The notes beneath the pieces were generated by a model, which was given only the letters and a program-made list of their open reading frames with translations, made no database searches and was not told where the DNA came from. Source: Marsupella aquatica (taxonomy: Eukaryota > Plantae > Marchantiophyta). Taken from it: a stretch of 64,000 bases of DNA. The position numbers were made by a program, and so were the translations under genes. The stretch spans positions 15,376,576-15,440,575 of the forward strand of contig OZ316896.1 in the NCBI GenBank assembly GCA_973895155.1. Direction: 5' to 3'. Below, in pieces: positions 41,893 to 54,100 of the stretch. Numbering within the stretch: position 1 is the stretch's first letter; each line of letters begins with the position of its first letter.

Positions 41893-44298
41893 ATGACTTT
41901 ACCAATGGTCACTCGCGCCAGTGAGTGTTATCAACGAGTAGAAGCACATGACAATGAGCGACTTCTTCCAAGGATCCCCGACGAGGTCACCTTGGACCTG
42001 ATTGCTCCCAAGCTGTCGTGGGGAGACTGTCAACGCCTGGCATCAGTAAGCCGTCGTTGGCGGCATGGTATACGAAGTCGACAGGTGCACGATGCGAGAA
42101 TTCGCCGTCACTCCACCGAGACACTGGTTTTTCTTACTTACAAGCCTTCTGAATTTTGCAAAGAGATATGTCTCTATTCAGTGAGAGAAAACCGTTGTTA
42201 TAAGCTTCCTCCGTTCCCATACCTTGATGGAAGAATCCCACCCACGTCCCAATGCATAGCGGTAGGCTCGAAAATTTATGTAGTGGGAGGAGAGTTCTTG
42301 CCTGCTGCTCCTGGTCGAGTACCTGGTAGCAGTGGAGTGTACGTGCTGGACGTCGCTGGAGGAAGGCAGTGGAAACGATGTGCTCGAATGATAGAACCGA
42401 GAGTGGACTTTGGATGTGGTGTCTTCAGTGGTAAAATTTTTGTATTTGGTGGTTTGGGTAATAGGAGGGCTCTTTGCGGATCAGAGGTGTACAACCCTAA
42501 GGAAGGTACTTGGTCTCCCATCAAGGCGATGACATCCTTGCGATTTGATCATCAAGTAACCACTGTGGGACTCGACTTAATAGTGCACGGCGGGAAAGTT
42601 GTTGAACGAACAAGTTACGCATGGACACACTGGATCGATTATCATTCCTGGAAGGGTGAATGGGCATTCCAAACGCAGGACGTCGGGTCCTGTGTATACG
42701 GTTTGGCATGTTCCGGTTTGACGGCATTTCAGGATGTGTGTGCTGAGGCTGAAAGGGCAGATTTCTTGGAGATTTATAATGTGCTCAACGATGAGTGGAA
42801 TCTGGTAGCCATCCCGAGGCACGAGACCCCGGTTTGGACTTGTCCGACAAATAGAGGCCTTTGGACTCGACAACCGACAAGTTGTCACCCGGTCCACCCC
42901 GGTCCCCGGTCCCCGGTCCCCGGTCCACCCCAGTCCCCGGACCGAACTCCCCGCCCCGGTCCCGGCCCGGTCTGTACTCCTCCCATTCCCGGCCTCTTCC
43001 CTTCCCGGCCCAGCCCCTCCCATTCCCAGCCCGGCCCCTTCCCTTCCCGGCCCGGCCTCTCCCATTCCCGGCCCGGCCCCTTCCCTTCCCGGCCTCTTCC
43101 CTTCCCGGCCCGGCCCCTTCCCTTCCCAGCCTCTTCCCTTCCCGGCCCAGCCCCTCCCATTCCCGGCCCTGCCCCTTCCCGGCCCAGCCTCTCCCATTCC
43201 CTTCCCGGCCTCTTCCCTTCCCGGCCCGGCCTCTTCCCTTCCCGGCCTCTTCCCTTCCCGGCCCAGCCCCTCCCATTCCCGGCCCGGCCCCTTCCTTTCC
43301 CAGCCCTGCCCCTTCCCTTCCCGGCCTCTTCCCTTCCCGGCCCAGCCCCTCCCATTCCCGGCCCGGCCCATTCCCTTCCCGGCCTCTTCCCTTCCCAGCC
43401 CGGCCTCTCCCATTCCCGGCCCGGCCCCTTCCCTTCCCAGCCTCTTCCCTTCCCGGCCCAGCCCCTCCCATTCCCGGCCCTGCCCCTTCCCGGCCCAGCT
43501 TCTCCCATTCCCTTCCCGGCCTCTTCCCTTCCCGGCCCGGCCCCTTCCTTTCCCAGCCCTGCCCCTTCCCTTCCCGGCCTCTTCCCTTCCCAGCCCAGCC
43601 CCTCCCATTCCCGGCCCGGCCCCTTCCCTTCCCGGCCTCTTCCCTTCCCGGCCCGGCCTCTCCCATTCCCGGCCCGGCCCCTTCCCTTCCCAGCCTCTTC
43701 CCTTCCCGGCCCAGCCCCTCCCATTCCCGGCCCTGCCCCTTCCCGGCCCAGCTTCTCCCATTCCCTTCCCGGCCTCTTCCCTTCCCGGCCCAACCCTCCC
43801 ATTCCCGGCCCGGCCCCTTCCCTTCCCGGCCTCTTCCCTTCCCGGCCCGGCCTCTCCCATTCCCGGCCTCTTCCCTTCCCGGCCCGGCCTCTCCCATTCC
43901 CGGCCCGGCCCCTTCCCTTCCCGGCCTCTTCCCTTCCCGGCCCAGCCCCTCCCATTCCCGGCCCGGCCCCTTCCATTCCCGGCCCTGCCCCGCCCCTTCC
44001 CGGCCCAGCCCCTCCCATTCCCGGCCCGGCCCCTTCCATTCCCGGCCCTGCCCCTGCCCCTTCCCGGCCCTGCCCCTCCCATTCCCGGCCGGGGCCCTTC
44101 CATTCCCGGCCCTGCCCCTTCCCGGCCGGGTCCCGCATCCCGCCCGGCCCCGCACCCGGCCCGGCCTTTCTACTTCGAAAATATGCACGCCCTATCTACC
44201 TCGGTGCTGGCTCTCGTTCGTTCAGATTCTCCATTCTATTTACTAGAGCCTGGTTGTCTTTTCTTTCTCCTTTGTCCAGGCCAGTGCTTCTTTTCTGA
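41893..44298 (+). CDS. F-box/Kelch-repeat protein; C-terminus replaced by a repeat-derived Pro-rich tail (may be a pseudogene)
   Basis: F-box LLPRIPDEVTLDLIAPKL...LASVSRRW; Kelch repeats KIYVVGG, KIFVFGG..SEVYNPKEGTW and LIVHGG. Homology ends near 42820. Confidence 0.75.
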   Translation: MTLPMVTRASECYQRVEAHDNERLLPRIPDEVTLDLIAPKLSWGDCQRLASVSRRWRHGIRSRQVHDARIRRHSTETLVFLTYKPSEFCKEICLYSVRENRCYKLPPFPYLDGRIPPTSQCIAVGSKIYVVGGEFLPAAPGRVPGSSGVYVLDVAGGRQWKRCARMIEPRVDFGCGVFSGKIFVFGGLGNRRALCGSEVYNPKEGTWSPIKAMTSLRFDHQVTTVGLDLIVHGGKVVERTSYAWTHWIDYHSWKGEWAFQTQDVGSCVYGLACSGLTAFQDVCAEAERADFLEIYNVLNDEWNLVAIPRHETPVWTCPTNRGLWTRQPTSCHPVHPGPRSPVPGPPQSPDRTPRPGPGPVCTPPIPGLFPSRPSPSHSQPGPFPSRPGLSHSRPGPFPSRPLPFPARPLPFPASSLPGPAPPIPGPAPSRPSLSHSLPGLFPSRPGLFPSRPLPFPAQPLPFPARPLPFPALPLPFPASSLPGPAPPIPGPAHSLPGLFPSQPGLSHSRPGPFPSQPLPFPAQPLPFPALPLPGPASPIPFPASSLPGPAPSFPSPAPSLPGLFPSQPSPSHSRPGPFPSRPLPFPARPLPFPARPLPFPASSLPGPAPPIPGPAPSRPSFSHSLPGLFPSRPNPPIPGPAPSLPGLFPSRPGLSHSRPLPFPARPLPFPARPLPFPASSLPGPAPPIPGPAPSIPGPAPPLPGPAPPIPGPAPSIPGPAPAPSRPCPSHSRPGPFHSRPCPFPAGSRIPPGPAPGPAFLLRKYARPIYLGAGSRSFRFSILFTRAWLSFLSPLSRPVLLF
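42886..44166. repeat. C-rich pyrimidine minisatellite built from variant 15-22-bp modules around cccttcccggcc
   Basis: Modules ctcttcccttcccggcc, cagcccctcccattcccggcc and cggccccttcccttcccggcc are repeated dozens of times. Confidence 0.95.
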
Positions 44299-45170
44299 GC
44301 TAAAATGCAGGCCGTTACTATACAAACATTAGTTATTCAAACGTTCGAACTATATCTTGAAATTATTTTCACCTTGATATCTGGTTGAAGAGTACATGAG
44401 AATGAAATAATAGAATCATTAAGCTGGGACCTGTATCAGAGCTCCTCAGCTTCACTGTCAGAAGGGATTTTTAGTGAATTAACATGAAATCAGAACCTGA
44501 TACTTCGCAAGTTCCACATGTCTATCAACAATATTGCAGTGAATAATTGTGCCCAACTGAATCCCAACTATGAGCTTTCAGAATACAATACAAAAATTGA
44601 GATCTTCCAACTCCCAGGAGCATCACACATTGATTTGGAGGGAAATCCGTCCAACCCTTTCACTAACGACCAAAACCCATTATGTTACATACCTTGAAAA
44701 ATTACAACACTTCAAATTGGTTACTGGCACACAACTGTGCAAAATCGGATCCTACAGCTATATATGGGATGACGAATCGCTCAAGTACATGTATGCAAGT
44801 ACATGTATGCAAGTCCACGTGGCCAGGTGATCTGCAACCCTCGTGCTTCAACCTCCATAATTTGAGTTTGTACAACGTACTTGCCTCTATGGCAATTCTC
44901 CAACCACATCAGGCCACAATTGCGGGAAAAGTGCTGAGGAAAGTCTGTCACATACTGACCAAAAGGTTCGAACCATTGAAATGAACCTCCACAAGAATGT
45001 ATGCTTTGAGCTTAAGCGCATCATGCCAGAGCAATTGTTTTTTTTGGAAAAAAAATTAAATATGTCAACATCTTCGTGTCTGCCTGCGCTAGGACAACAT
45101 ATAAGTCATAAGCTTCACCTGCACTTGCACCCCAACTTTGGTCATCTTTTCTGCCCTGGTTGAAAGCACT

Positions 45171-48100
45171 TTACTTCCGACGATGATGTCGCTTCATGTC
45201 TCCTCTTTGCCGTTTTTCATCCTCCCATTCACGGTCATATAGTCTAGAAAGGCCAAGAAGTTAAGGAAGCTTCTATTTATATAAAAGATTCTTGGAGATT
45301 TAGGATGCTAGATTCATCTGATTGACTCGCAAGAAACAATAGACAGTAGCGAGTAAACTTTAATATCACCTTCCAATGCCATCATCATGATATGAAGGGA
45401 CAGTAGTTCATTTCAAAGCTATCGTCCTCTGCTGCGTTTTCTAAAAACGGATTAATTAGTACGATACCAAACGCTTGAAGCAAACTAAACTTAGTTTGGA
45501 CTTAGCATGCACAAGACAAACCTTGCAAAAATCAACACACGAAATAATCGAGGATACTGATCATGTTCCCTGCGGGTCAGTTTGTTTGCCTCCTTTGTAT
45601 GCGCTCTCCCGCTTGGACCTTTGTTGTCATACGGGGCTTCCTCACTGTACACATTCCGAGTCATGGTTCCTTTGCGATCTCTGTCCCGTCCTTCGTACAC
45701 TGGAGCTACTCCTACTGGGGGAGGTGGAGCTGGAGCTGGACCAAAATTGGAAGGCATCTCTGGCTGCATATCACCACGCTTCAGTCTCCGCCGCTTTGAG
45801 ATTGCTGCACTGCCTTCGGCCTCTTCTTTGGCAAGAAGAGCTTTCTCCTTTTCACGCTCCCTATCCTTCTCTGCCAGCTGGAAGGCAACCAATAGTAATA
45901 ATATTTATAAGCAACTCCTAAAGCCGTCAAACCAAAGAAACTACCCAATGTCAGTCACAACTCTGCAATAGTCGTGATCAACTCACAGGAAACCCATTTG
46001 CAGATACTAAATCCTGAGGCTCCAGACGAGCAGCAGGAGATGTGCTCAGCGCCATATACAGTTTGTTAACTTTCAGTTCGACAGGGTGAAGTAATATAAT
46101 CACAACCTCTGATACCAACTACATCTTTTGTAACTGACGACGTCGGGCATGATGGGATCAAACACAGAAATCACCCGAAGGATAGGACATTGAGGAAGTC
46201 TACCACTAAAGAAAAAGTAGAAAACCGAGTCAACAAAGGAAGTTTGCCAACCTTTGCGAGTACCTCCCGTTCCTCCCTCTTTCTTTCCCTGACTTCCTCA
46301 TCCCTTCTCCTCTTGGAATCATCCACAGGCAGCGAATTACCATCATCAGCTCTTCTTTTCTCAATTTTCTCCTCGCGTCGAGGCGACATCCGTGGAAGAC
46401 TTCTAACTCTACGATCTACATCTTCATCCCTTCGTGAGACGGACAGAGGGACCAAATTTGGAGGAAGAGGCGGTGGGGGAGGTAAGTTTTGCATAGGGAA
46501 TCGATCGTCTGGATCAACCGGGGCATCCAAGTACCTTGGTTGTCTACCCCGATCATCTTTACCTCGATCATCCCTGCTCCTATCTGGGCCTCTGTCAAAA
46601 TTTCTATCCCCACCCCTATCAGATCCTCTATCCACAGATCTCTCTCTAGCAAACTTTTCCATTGAACGGTCCTTAAACTTATCACCTGCATGGTCCTCCC
46701 CGCGATCCTTTTCACCTCTCTCCATCACTCGCTCCGGGACTCTATGTTCTCGATCAACTCTTTCCCCACTTCTTTCCTTCCCTTTATCAGATCTGTCCAC
46801 AGGCCTCTCAAAGGGTCGATCATCGTGAGCAACTCTGTTCTCATTCTCTACTGATCTAGGTCGTTCAGCTGGCCGTTGTTCTATGACTCTCTCACTACGA
46901 TCAGATTGCCTCACCTCGCCAAGTTCAGTGTTCTTTTCTGTTCCATCAGCCTTCCTCCTCTTGTTCAGCCTATCTACATCATCTGATGTTACTGCCCTCT
47001 TTCCTTGCCTCTCCTTCATCAGAGCATCCTCCACAGGCTTCGTAAACGACACCGTGTCTTCTCTACGGGGGGATTTGGAAGGAGGTCGATTTTGTTGACT
47101 AACACTACCGCCATCACGCACCTCCTGTCGTTCCCTCTCCCTATCTGTCGTACCTTTCCCATCAGATAGCTTGCTTGTACTGAGTTCCACCTTCAAGCCA
47201 GTTTCGCTTCGTCCACTCACATCTCCTGCAGGACGGGCTCTGGATGTAGACTCTTGCGGAAGCCTTTCTGCAGGTCTTGCTGATGTTGACTTTGAGGGAG
47301 TAGGCACAGCAGCGCTTCCATTAGTTGTAGTAGATGGTATGGCCATGGAAGCCGGGCGCTGCCTTGAGCCTGAATTGTCACCTCCACGACCATTGTCCCC
47401 TGCTTGGATTGAGTTGGGAGCAGTGCGTGTGGATTCTTCTCTGGCATTGTCAGACTTAGCAGATCTGCCAGACGCACTTGGGTTTATTGTGGGTCCTGTC
47501 TGACTTGGACGCCGTGATTGGGATCTCACCGCCTGCCACCAAATCATTATCAGCTCCAGGGGATACCAAAATACTAATGCTCATATCGATGTTTGGAATC
47601 AACTGAATAAGTCTAAGAACTCAGAATAACGTGGAATATCTACATAACCAATCAAGTAATGTTAATCTATAGAGCCCCGAGCCATTGTAACCTTTAATGA
47701 CCTTTAAAGATGAGAGAACCAGGCTATCAAACTTTAAAAGCAGCAATTAAAGGACTTCTCAAGCCCAATACATATCCTTCTTTGAACTGATGCGCCGAGC
47801 CTTTGTATCAGGCCATCCTACCCACGAAGACACTAGGTTTGAAGTAACGGTACTTTAGAGACAAACGTCAGCTTGATCTGATAATTTCCTTTCCTCACAT
47901 ACAAGATTTGGAGAGTCTCATAATACCTCTGCCTCTGGATTCGTAGGCTTTGTTGATGGTTTTGCCGAACCCTCCTCCACCTTTACACCAGCTGATCCAC
48001 TCTGCCCTCCACTGCGGGGTGCTCCTTCTGGTCCATTCCTACTCGAACTCGTTGCAGCTGCTTTAGTTGCTGTCTGGACAGTACTTTGGGGAGGATGCGC

Positions 48101-51100
48101 CACTGCTGGTTTCAAGTCTACTCCGGCATTGTGAGAAGAGGGCTTTGGTGTTGATGAAACTGCACGGGGTTGTTCTACTTTTACTTGATTGGATGCGACC
48201 TTTTCAGTGCGAGCAGGGACCGGATCTGAGACGGGACCACTTGGGGGCAACGGCACTGATGAGGATTTCTCGGAAGTGCTAGTCACTATTTCTACCGGCG
48301 GCCCTACACCTGTTGCAGGGCCTGGTAAAGAAGGCAGCTCAGGGACGACAGAGGAATTCTGAGGTCCGGAAGAGTTCACAAGAGGGACAGGTTTGGCTGG
48401 TGATGCAGGAGGTTTAAGGTCGATGTAGCCCATAGCAAAATCTTCATCACTTACCCATGAATTCTGCAATGCAACAAGACAGGCTTAGAGTGATCTAACC
48501 ATAGGAAATTTTGTAGGTGTGAAACTCCTCACAAAATCTGCTTATATGAACAGCATATTACATTAATCCTTAACAAAGTGGATGATAATAACCTTGCGTG
48601 TGGCTAAAGCAGCAGCAACACCGATTGCGAGAACTCTCAGATCTTCCCGCTCATCCGCCCTTATTTTGTTCACCTGCAGTGCACACACACAAAGTCCATT
48701 TGAGAAAGAGCTCAATTACACAGCATTGCAGGAATGATCAACAAATCCTGTACTTGCTGGAATTAATAGAAGAGGGGCTAGGCTCCAAACAGCTATTTGC
48801 ACATGAAGCTTCGAACAAGTTTACTACTGGAAGTCAGCAAACATCTTCAAAATTTAAACCCAACGCATCTAAAAACTTTTCTACCGTAAACACAATGTGA
48901 ATATACTCTATTAATAATTACCCGTCTTTCCAGATTTGCACCACTTTTCTTCATGACAGGAAACACGCTTGAAAGCTTTGTAAGCACAGTAAGTGCGTTT
49001 CGAATCTCCATATAATCAGTAGATTCCAAGCATTGCACGAGCAACTTAGTCAAGCGTGAGCTCCACTTCCAGTGTACCTGAAAATCACAAAGTGAGCTTA
49101 TTTCTAGAGAAGAACGATATATGGTTGAAAGAACCAGTGAAGTCTAGGAAACGTAGTCTGCAACTCAGATTATAAATGTTGAGATCATCGCACAACGGAG
49201 ACTGCGGGCATTGGGATCTACTTCATGAAGACTCTCTACAAACGAATCAGACAAAACCAGGATAAACATACAGAACCGAGCATAACAAGACCTTCAGCTC
49301 TACCTTTCTATCGTATGAAAGAAATGCTATGCAAATGCGGCAAAGAAACAGTTCAGGTCCAGTAGCACATTCAACAGAACAAGAACGAACAGGATCGCCA
49401 ATTTGGGCAAGGGCCCTAAGAGCGAAAAGAGCCAGAGGTCGGAAGGACAATACTAAAGCATATTTCCAGATATGCTTTAAATTATAGGGAGGAAATGTCC
49501 ACAAACCCGGGCTAGGTAAGAGAGTGGAATAAGCTGAGAAAGTAAGCCTCACCCGAACGTATTGGGGAAAGGTAACCCTTGGACTGTTGGGATCTCGGTA
49601 CAAAACAGCAAAGCCTGGCATGTTCCCGCACTCTCGTTCATAAATGGCCTCCTCACTCTACACAAGACAAATCACATAGCTTAAAGAGGGAGATTAAAGC
49701 AATGTGCAACATTTCATTAACTTATCTTTCACATCACAAGTAGAGGCGACAGAAAGTACCTTCCAGTGATAGGCCATCTTCAGAGTTTCGCACAAAAACC
49801 TTCCAAGTCGGCCTGCTTCGTATTCAGTGCAGCAGGAGATCATGGGCTGTAAGGTTTTGCATATCAGAACATCAACATGATTCACTGTGTTGAAAAACGG
49901 AGTCCCCAGAGAGTGCAGCGTGTGCACAAAACGAGCGCAGTAAACAGCATCCATCATACTGAATACACACCGAGGAAAAATGCATCTCTGTAAAAACTCC
50001 ATATTTATCTTCAGGGAATCTGGGCAGGAGGTAAGCCATGAGTCCTTTTCTCTAACCAGCCGCTGATGTACATTTGTTACATTTTGCTCCTGTTTCTGAA
50101 GCTCTGTCGACAATCGATCCAAAGTCTCTTGGATTTTTTCTTTGTCCTTCTTCCGCTTAGCTACAGCTGCATGTGAGGTGTCTGAGTTTTCTTCGAGGAG
50201 CTTGAGCGCGGCACGCTGTTTCGTCATTTCTGTTTCATACCGTTTCCGAGGAACATATAGGTCGTGCAAAGTTAGCCCCCAAAATGTGGCGTAGAGTTCT
50301 GGAGATAAACTGTTCCAAGCTCTGGCTGGTAGCATCGAACGCACAGCCTGTAAGAGGTCCGCCCACCTGCAGTCAAATCTCGAAGTGTGATATCCATCAA
50401 AAACAACATACCAGACAAACGCTTGTCAGCCAAACACAGAAACCAGGCAATTTGAGCAGGAGACATCTCATTGCTTTCTCGCCAGAGCGCACAACAAACG
50501 ATTGAGTTAATGCACAGAAACATTCACAATATCACCGCGCCTCCTCCTTCTTTGCTGCACGACAAAAAGAAGGGTGGTTGGGTGCTTCAACTTCTCAGAA
50601 GAGGTGATAGTATCAAGCAAACGGTCTGGGTTTTTATGATAAAACTTACGAAAATGGCTTCCGATTCGGTACAACATCCAGTACCAGATCACTACCGGCT
50701 TTTGTGGTGTCTGCAGGCCACGACGTCGAAGACCCTTTACTGGGTTTGAATAATCGCATAACAGGTCTGTAGATCAAAAAAGCAACCTGCCATTTGAGGA
50801 CTGATGTTAGAATGAACCACTTGATTTGAAGACTCCAGAGCCACAATGATTTTTAACAGCCTCCGGACGGTAACAACACAGCGTGCTAACATGCTCTTAG
50901 CTTCACGTCTCACTTTGCAAAGAGGTGACCAGATATTCGGCCAGTTTGTAAACAGACTTATGCTCCCAAGAACGTTAATCTCCAATAAAAGTCCAGTGTG
51001 TTTCTTCATAACGGTCGAGGTTTAAGTCCCAGAGCCGGTGAATAGAGACTAGACCAGCTCTAAATTATGACCAGGTTGACACCGTATCAGTTGGTTTACT

Positions 51101-54100
51101 CACCTCTGGCTCAATGTGATACTTGTGTACCAGATCCTCCAGGGAAGGAATCAACTGCGCATACGCTGAAACTGGTGACACTGAACTGTTCAAAAACTCC
51201 ACATACTGAAGCAAAGTCCCATGGCACCTATCAAACTGCTCGCTCACCATCTTTATGTACGGAGCATCCGCATTCACTATCACACTGCACGGAAACAAAA
51301 CAGATCAGAGAAAGAACCTCTAATAGCTACATTCACCAAACAAACACCAAACCAGGATCACCACTTTGCGACTTCTTGCTCTCTCCTAGACTAGATAAAC
51401 TTAGTCTAAACAATGTACAGTAGTATCGGCTGACGACCCATTTATTTAACATATATTAGGCCCGGCAGATCTGTTATGAATAAGACAAACACTTTGGACT
51501 GGACCAAGCCCCTTCATCTTTCTCGATTGACGAAAGTTTGCTCTCAAACAAAGTCATCTCAAAATCTATGATTAAGCGAATCCCCTATGTTTCCGGTGAG
51601 GAATCCCAGAAGCACATACTTAGTTCTCTGCTGAGCGATAAGCAGCAACAAAGGTACTGCAAGCTTTGGTTCGTCTTTTGAAAACAAAGAATCCCGCAAT
51701 CGGTTGGTCGACTTCATCAACGCCTGCGAGCAGAAGGATTATACAATCATGGCGTGCCCTCCTCATGTCCTTCATCCAAAAGCAGGAATGTGCGGCTCAT
51801 TGCGTGAAAAACCTGAAACTTCATTCTGGACAGTTGAAGCCTAAAGATTATTTTGTACAACAATCTTCTCAACGACATATCGGTACGCCGGGTATTACTG
51901 AGCTACAATATTGTGGTACTGAACACATGATTTCCACAGAATCGCCTATTGTCTTTGGCAACAATAAAATCTGAGTGTCAGGTCAAACTGATTTGGAGCG
52001 AAAACGTCTTACTGGGTGGATCTACCCTATTGCCTTCTGTCACTCAGACATGCGAATAGAGATCCATTCTCGGTGACATATTGAGGGTGACTTCAACAGA
52101 GAGAAACTCACTTTGTTGTTCCTCGTGACCCCAAAAGCTGTGGCTTGGAAGCGCATGGTTTCTCCTCCAGCCATTGCCTCTAACTGATCCTCTGTTACAT
52201 TCTCGGTGTACTCCACACTTGCCATTTGTTGAATTAACTCCTGCAAGTCCACTCTACTTCTTACAAAAGCACTGATGCCTCCACTTTTTTTCAGAACATA
52301 TTGATGGTCACAGCTACCTGATGATGCGCTAGTCCTTGAAAGCCGAGGAGTCCTCCAAACCAGAAACTTGATCAATACAGGGGTAATATGTCAAAACATT
52401 TCTCTGCCAGATATTCTGGATATTTTCTAGAGGAACTTCTCTGGGCACCGGACTCGTGCATTAGAGGCCTTCCTCCCCCAGTACACACGAATAGCACATT
52501 TTACCAGATCCAAATTCTTCGCAGCTTTACCTGGAGAAGGACAAGCTCAATCCCCTCGCCTTTCTTGAGCTGATTCACCAGGTATTGGAAAAGACCTCGC
52601 AATTCCATTGAAGGATACTTCTTACATCTGTCATGAAAGGACGAGCGAACAGTGCAAGAATATCACATCACACCGCGAAATAAAATCATACACGGAACGC
52701 AATAAGGGCAAACCAGATCGATAAAGATAATACTGACAGCACAAATGAGCTCTTTTGTCGACGTTATTCCAATATATTGTGCAGACTGACGAAGGGCGTA
52801 CTATACGATTCCGACGACATCCAAAATGTACTCTACAAAAGTATCCTGTTTTGACACTATTCGACAACAAGCAGTGCCTCATGCTAAGAGGTCTGTACTT
52901 AAAGTCTCATAAGTAGAAAAAAAAATTGAAAAGAAGAAAGAACTACCTTGAACAATTTCAAACTGGGCACTACCGCTAGTTTCATTCTTGAGTCATGAGC
53001 CCTATGCATGGCTCGCAATGTGATAATCGCCTTAGTTTGAGCTGAAGACATTTCAACGAGAGCTTCAAATTTTTTTGTACTACGCTAGGAAAGAATCTTA
53101 GACCTCCACGAGAATGCTGGCTGTGGAGAAAAGTTTACATACAAGTGGCCCCAAAACGAAGCAAGCGACTGTAACCAATCTGAAACGTTGAGACCATCTT
53201 CCTTCAACTTGTCTCGACCTGCCTGTGCGAGCCGCTCTATGACAACATACTCGAGGACATCATACTCCAACTGCAACAAAAACAAAGTTTCAAAAGATTT
53301 ATGCATCAGCTCCCAACAACTTACTAGCTTTTAGGGAAGTAGCCGATTTCGTAGAGTACAACAATCTCCCTCTAATCCTGCCTACATATGCTATCAACGA
53401 ATGCTACAAAAAATATGCGGTGCCACGGATCTGCCCGACTTCAAACAGCTCAGTGATTGGATTACTGTTAGTGCTGATGACTCAAGAAATAAATTTGTAA
53501 TGTGTTATACGAGACGTCATCACCACCATGAATACGTATCACGACTGGCAACTTCAGACCAAAGACCATCACTTACTTGAGTGAGATACTTGAATGCGTC
53601 TACCACTGGTGCGATCATGTCCTTGTAAGCCTCAATCTGAACAAACGCAGCTCAAATTGAAGTCAGGGTACATGACGTAACGCTCTCGAGCAAGGACTAG
53701 GAACTGCGGGAAAATCGAAAATCAGCACATGACAGAATCACTTCACGGTGGTTTCAACCAAATGGGAAGATATAGTCTCCAATATGATAAAACGACGAGA
53801 AGGCCACATTATATTTGTACCTGATGTACAATGGTGCGAAGTACAGTCATAGGATTCGCGTGCGCAATTTTGGCTACCATCCTCCCCAACTGCTTCAAAT
53901 TCTCCTTCGCTAATCTTTTGAGAATGCGCCTGGTGTCTAACTGAGAAAATTCCATCCATTTAGCGTAAGGGACTATTCTAGGTTTGGAAAACAACAGAAA
54001 GCTTTACGGAATCATTACATTCCACACAAATTTCAGAGCTCCACCTAAAGAGAACAAACTACACAAGGAATTCTCCAGTCTAGGTGACGCAGACAACGCC

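Noticed and set aside
42577-44188. RG/GP-rich ORFs of 417-508 aa on the minus strand and a 461-aa ORF on the plus strand
   Set aside because: They result from a repeat whose composition lacks stop codons in most frames.
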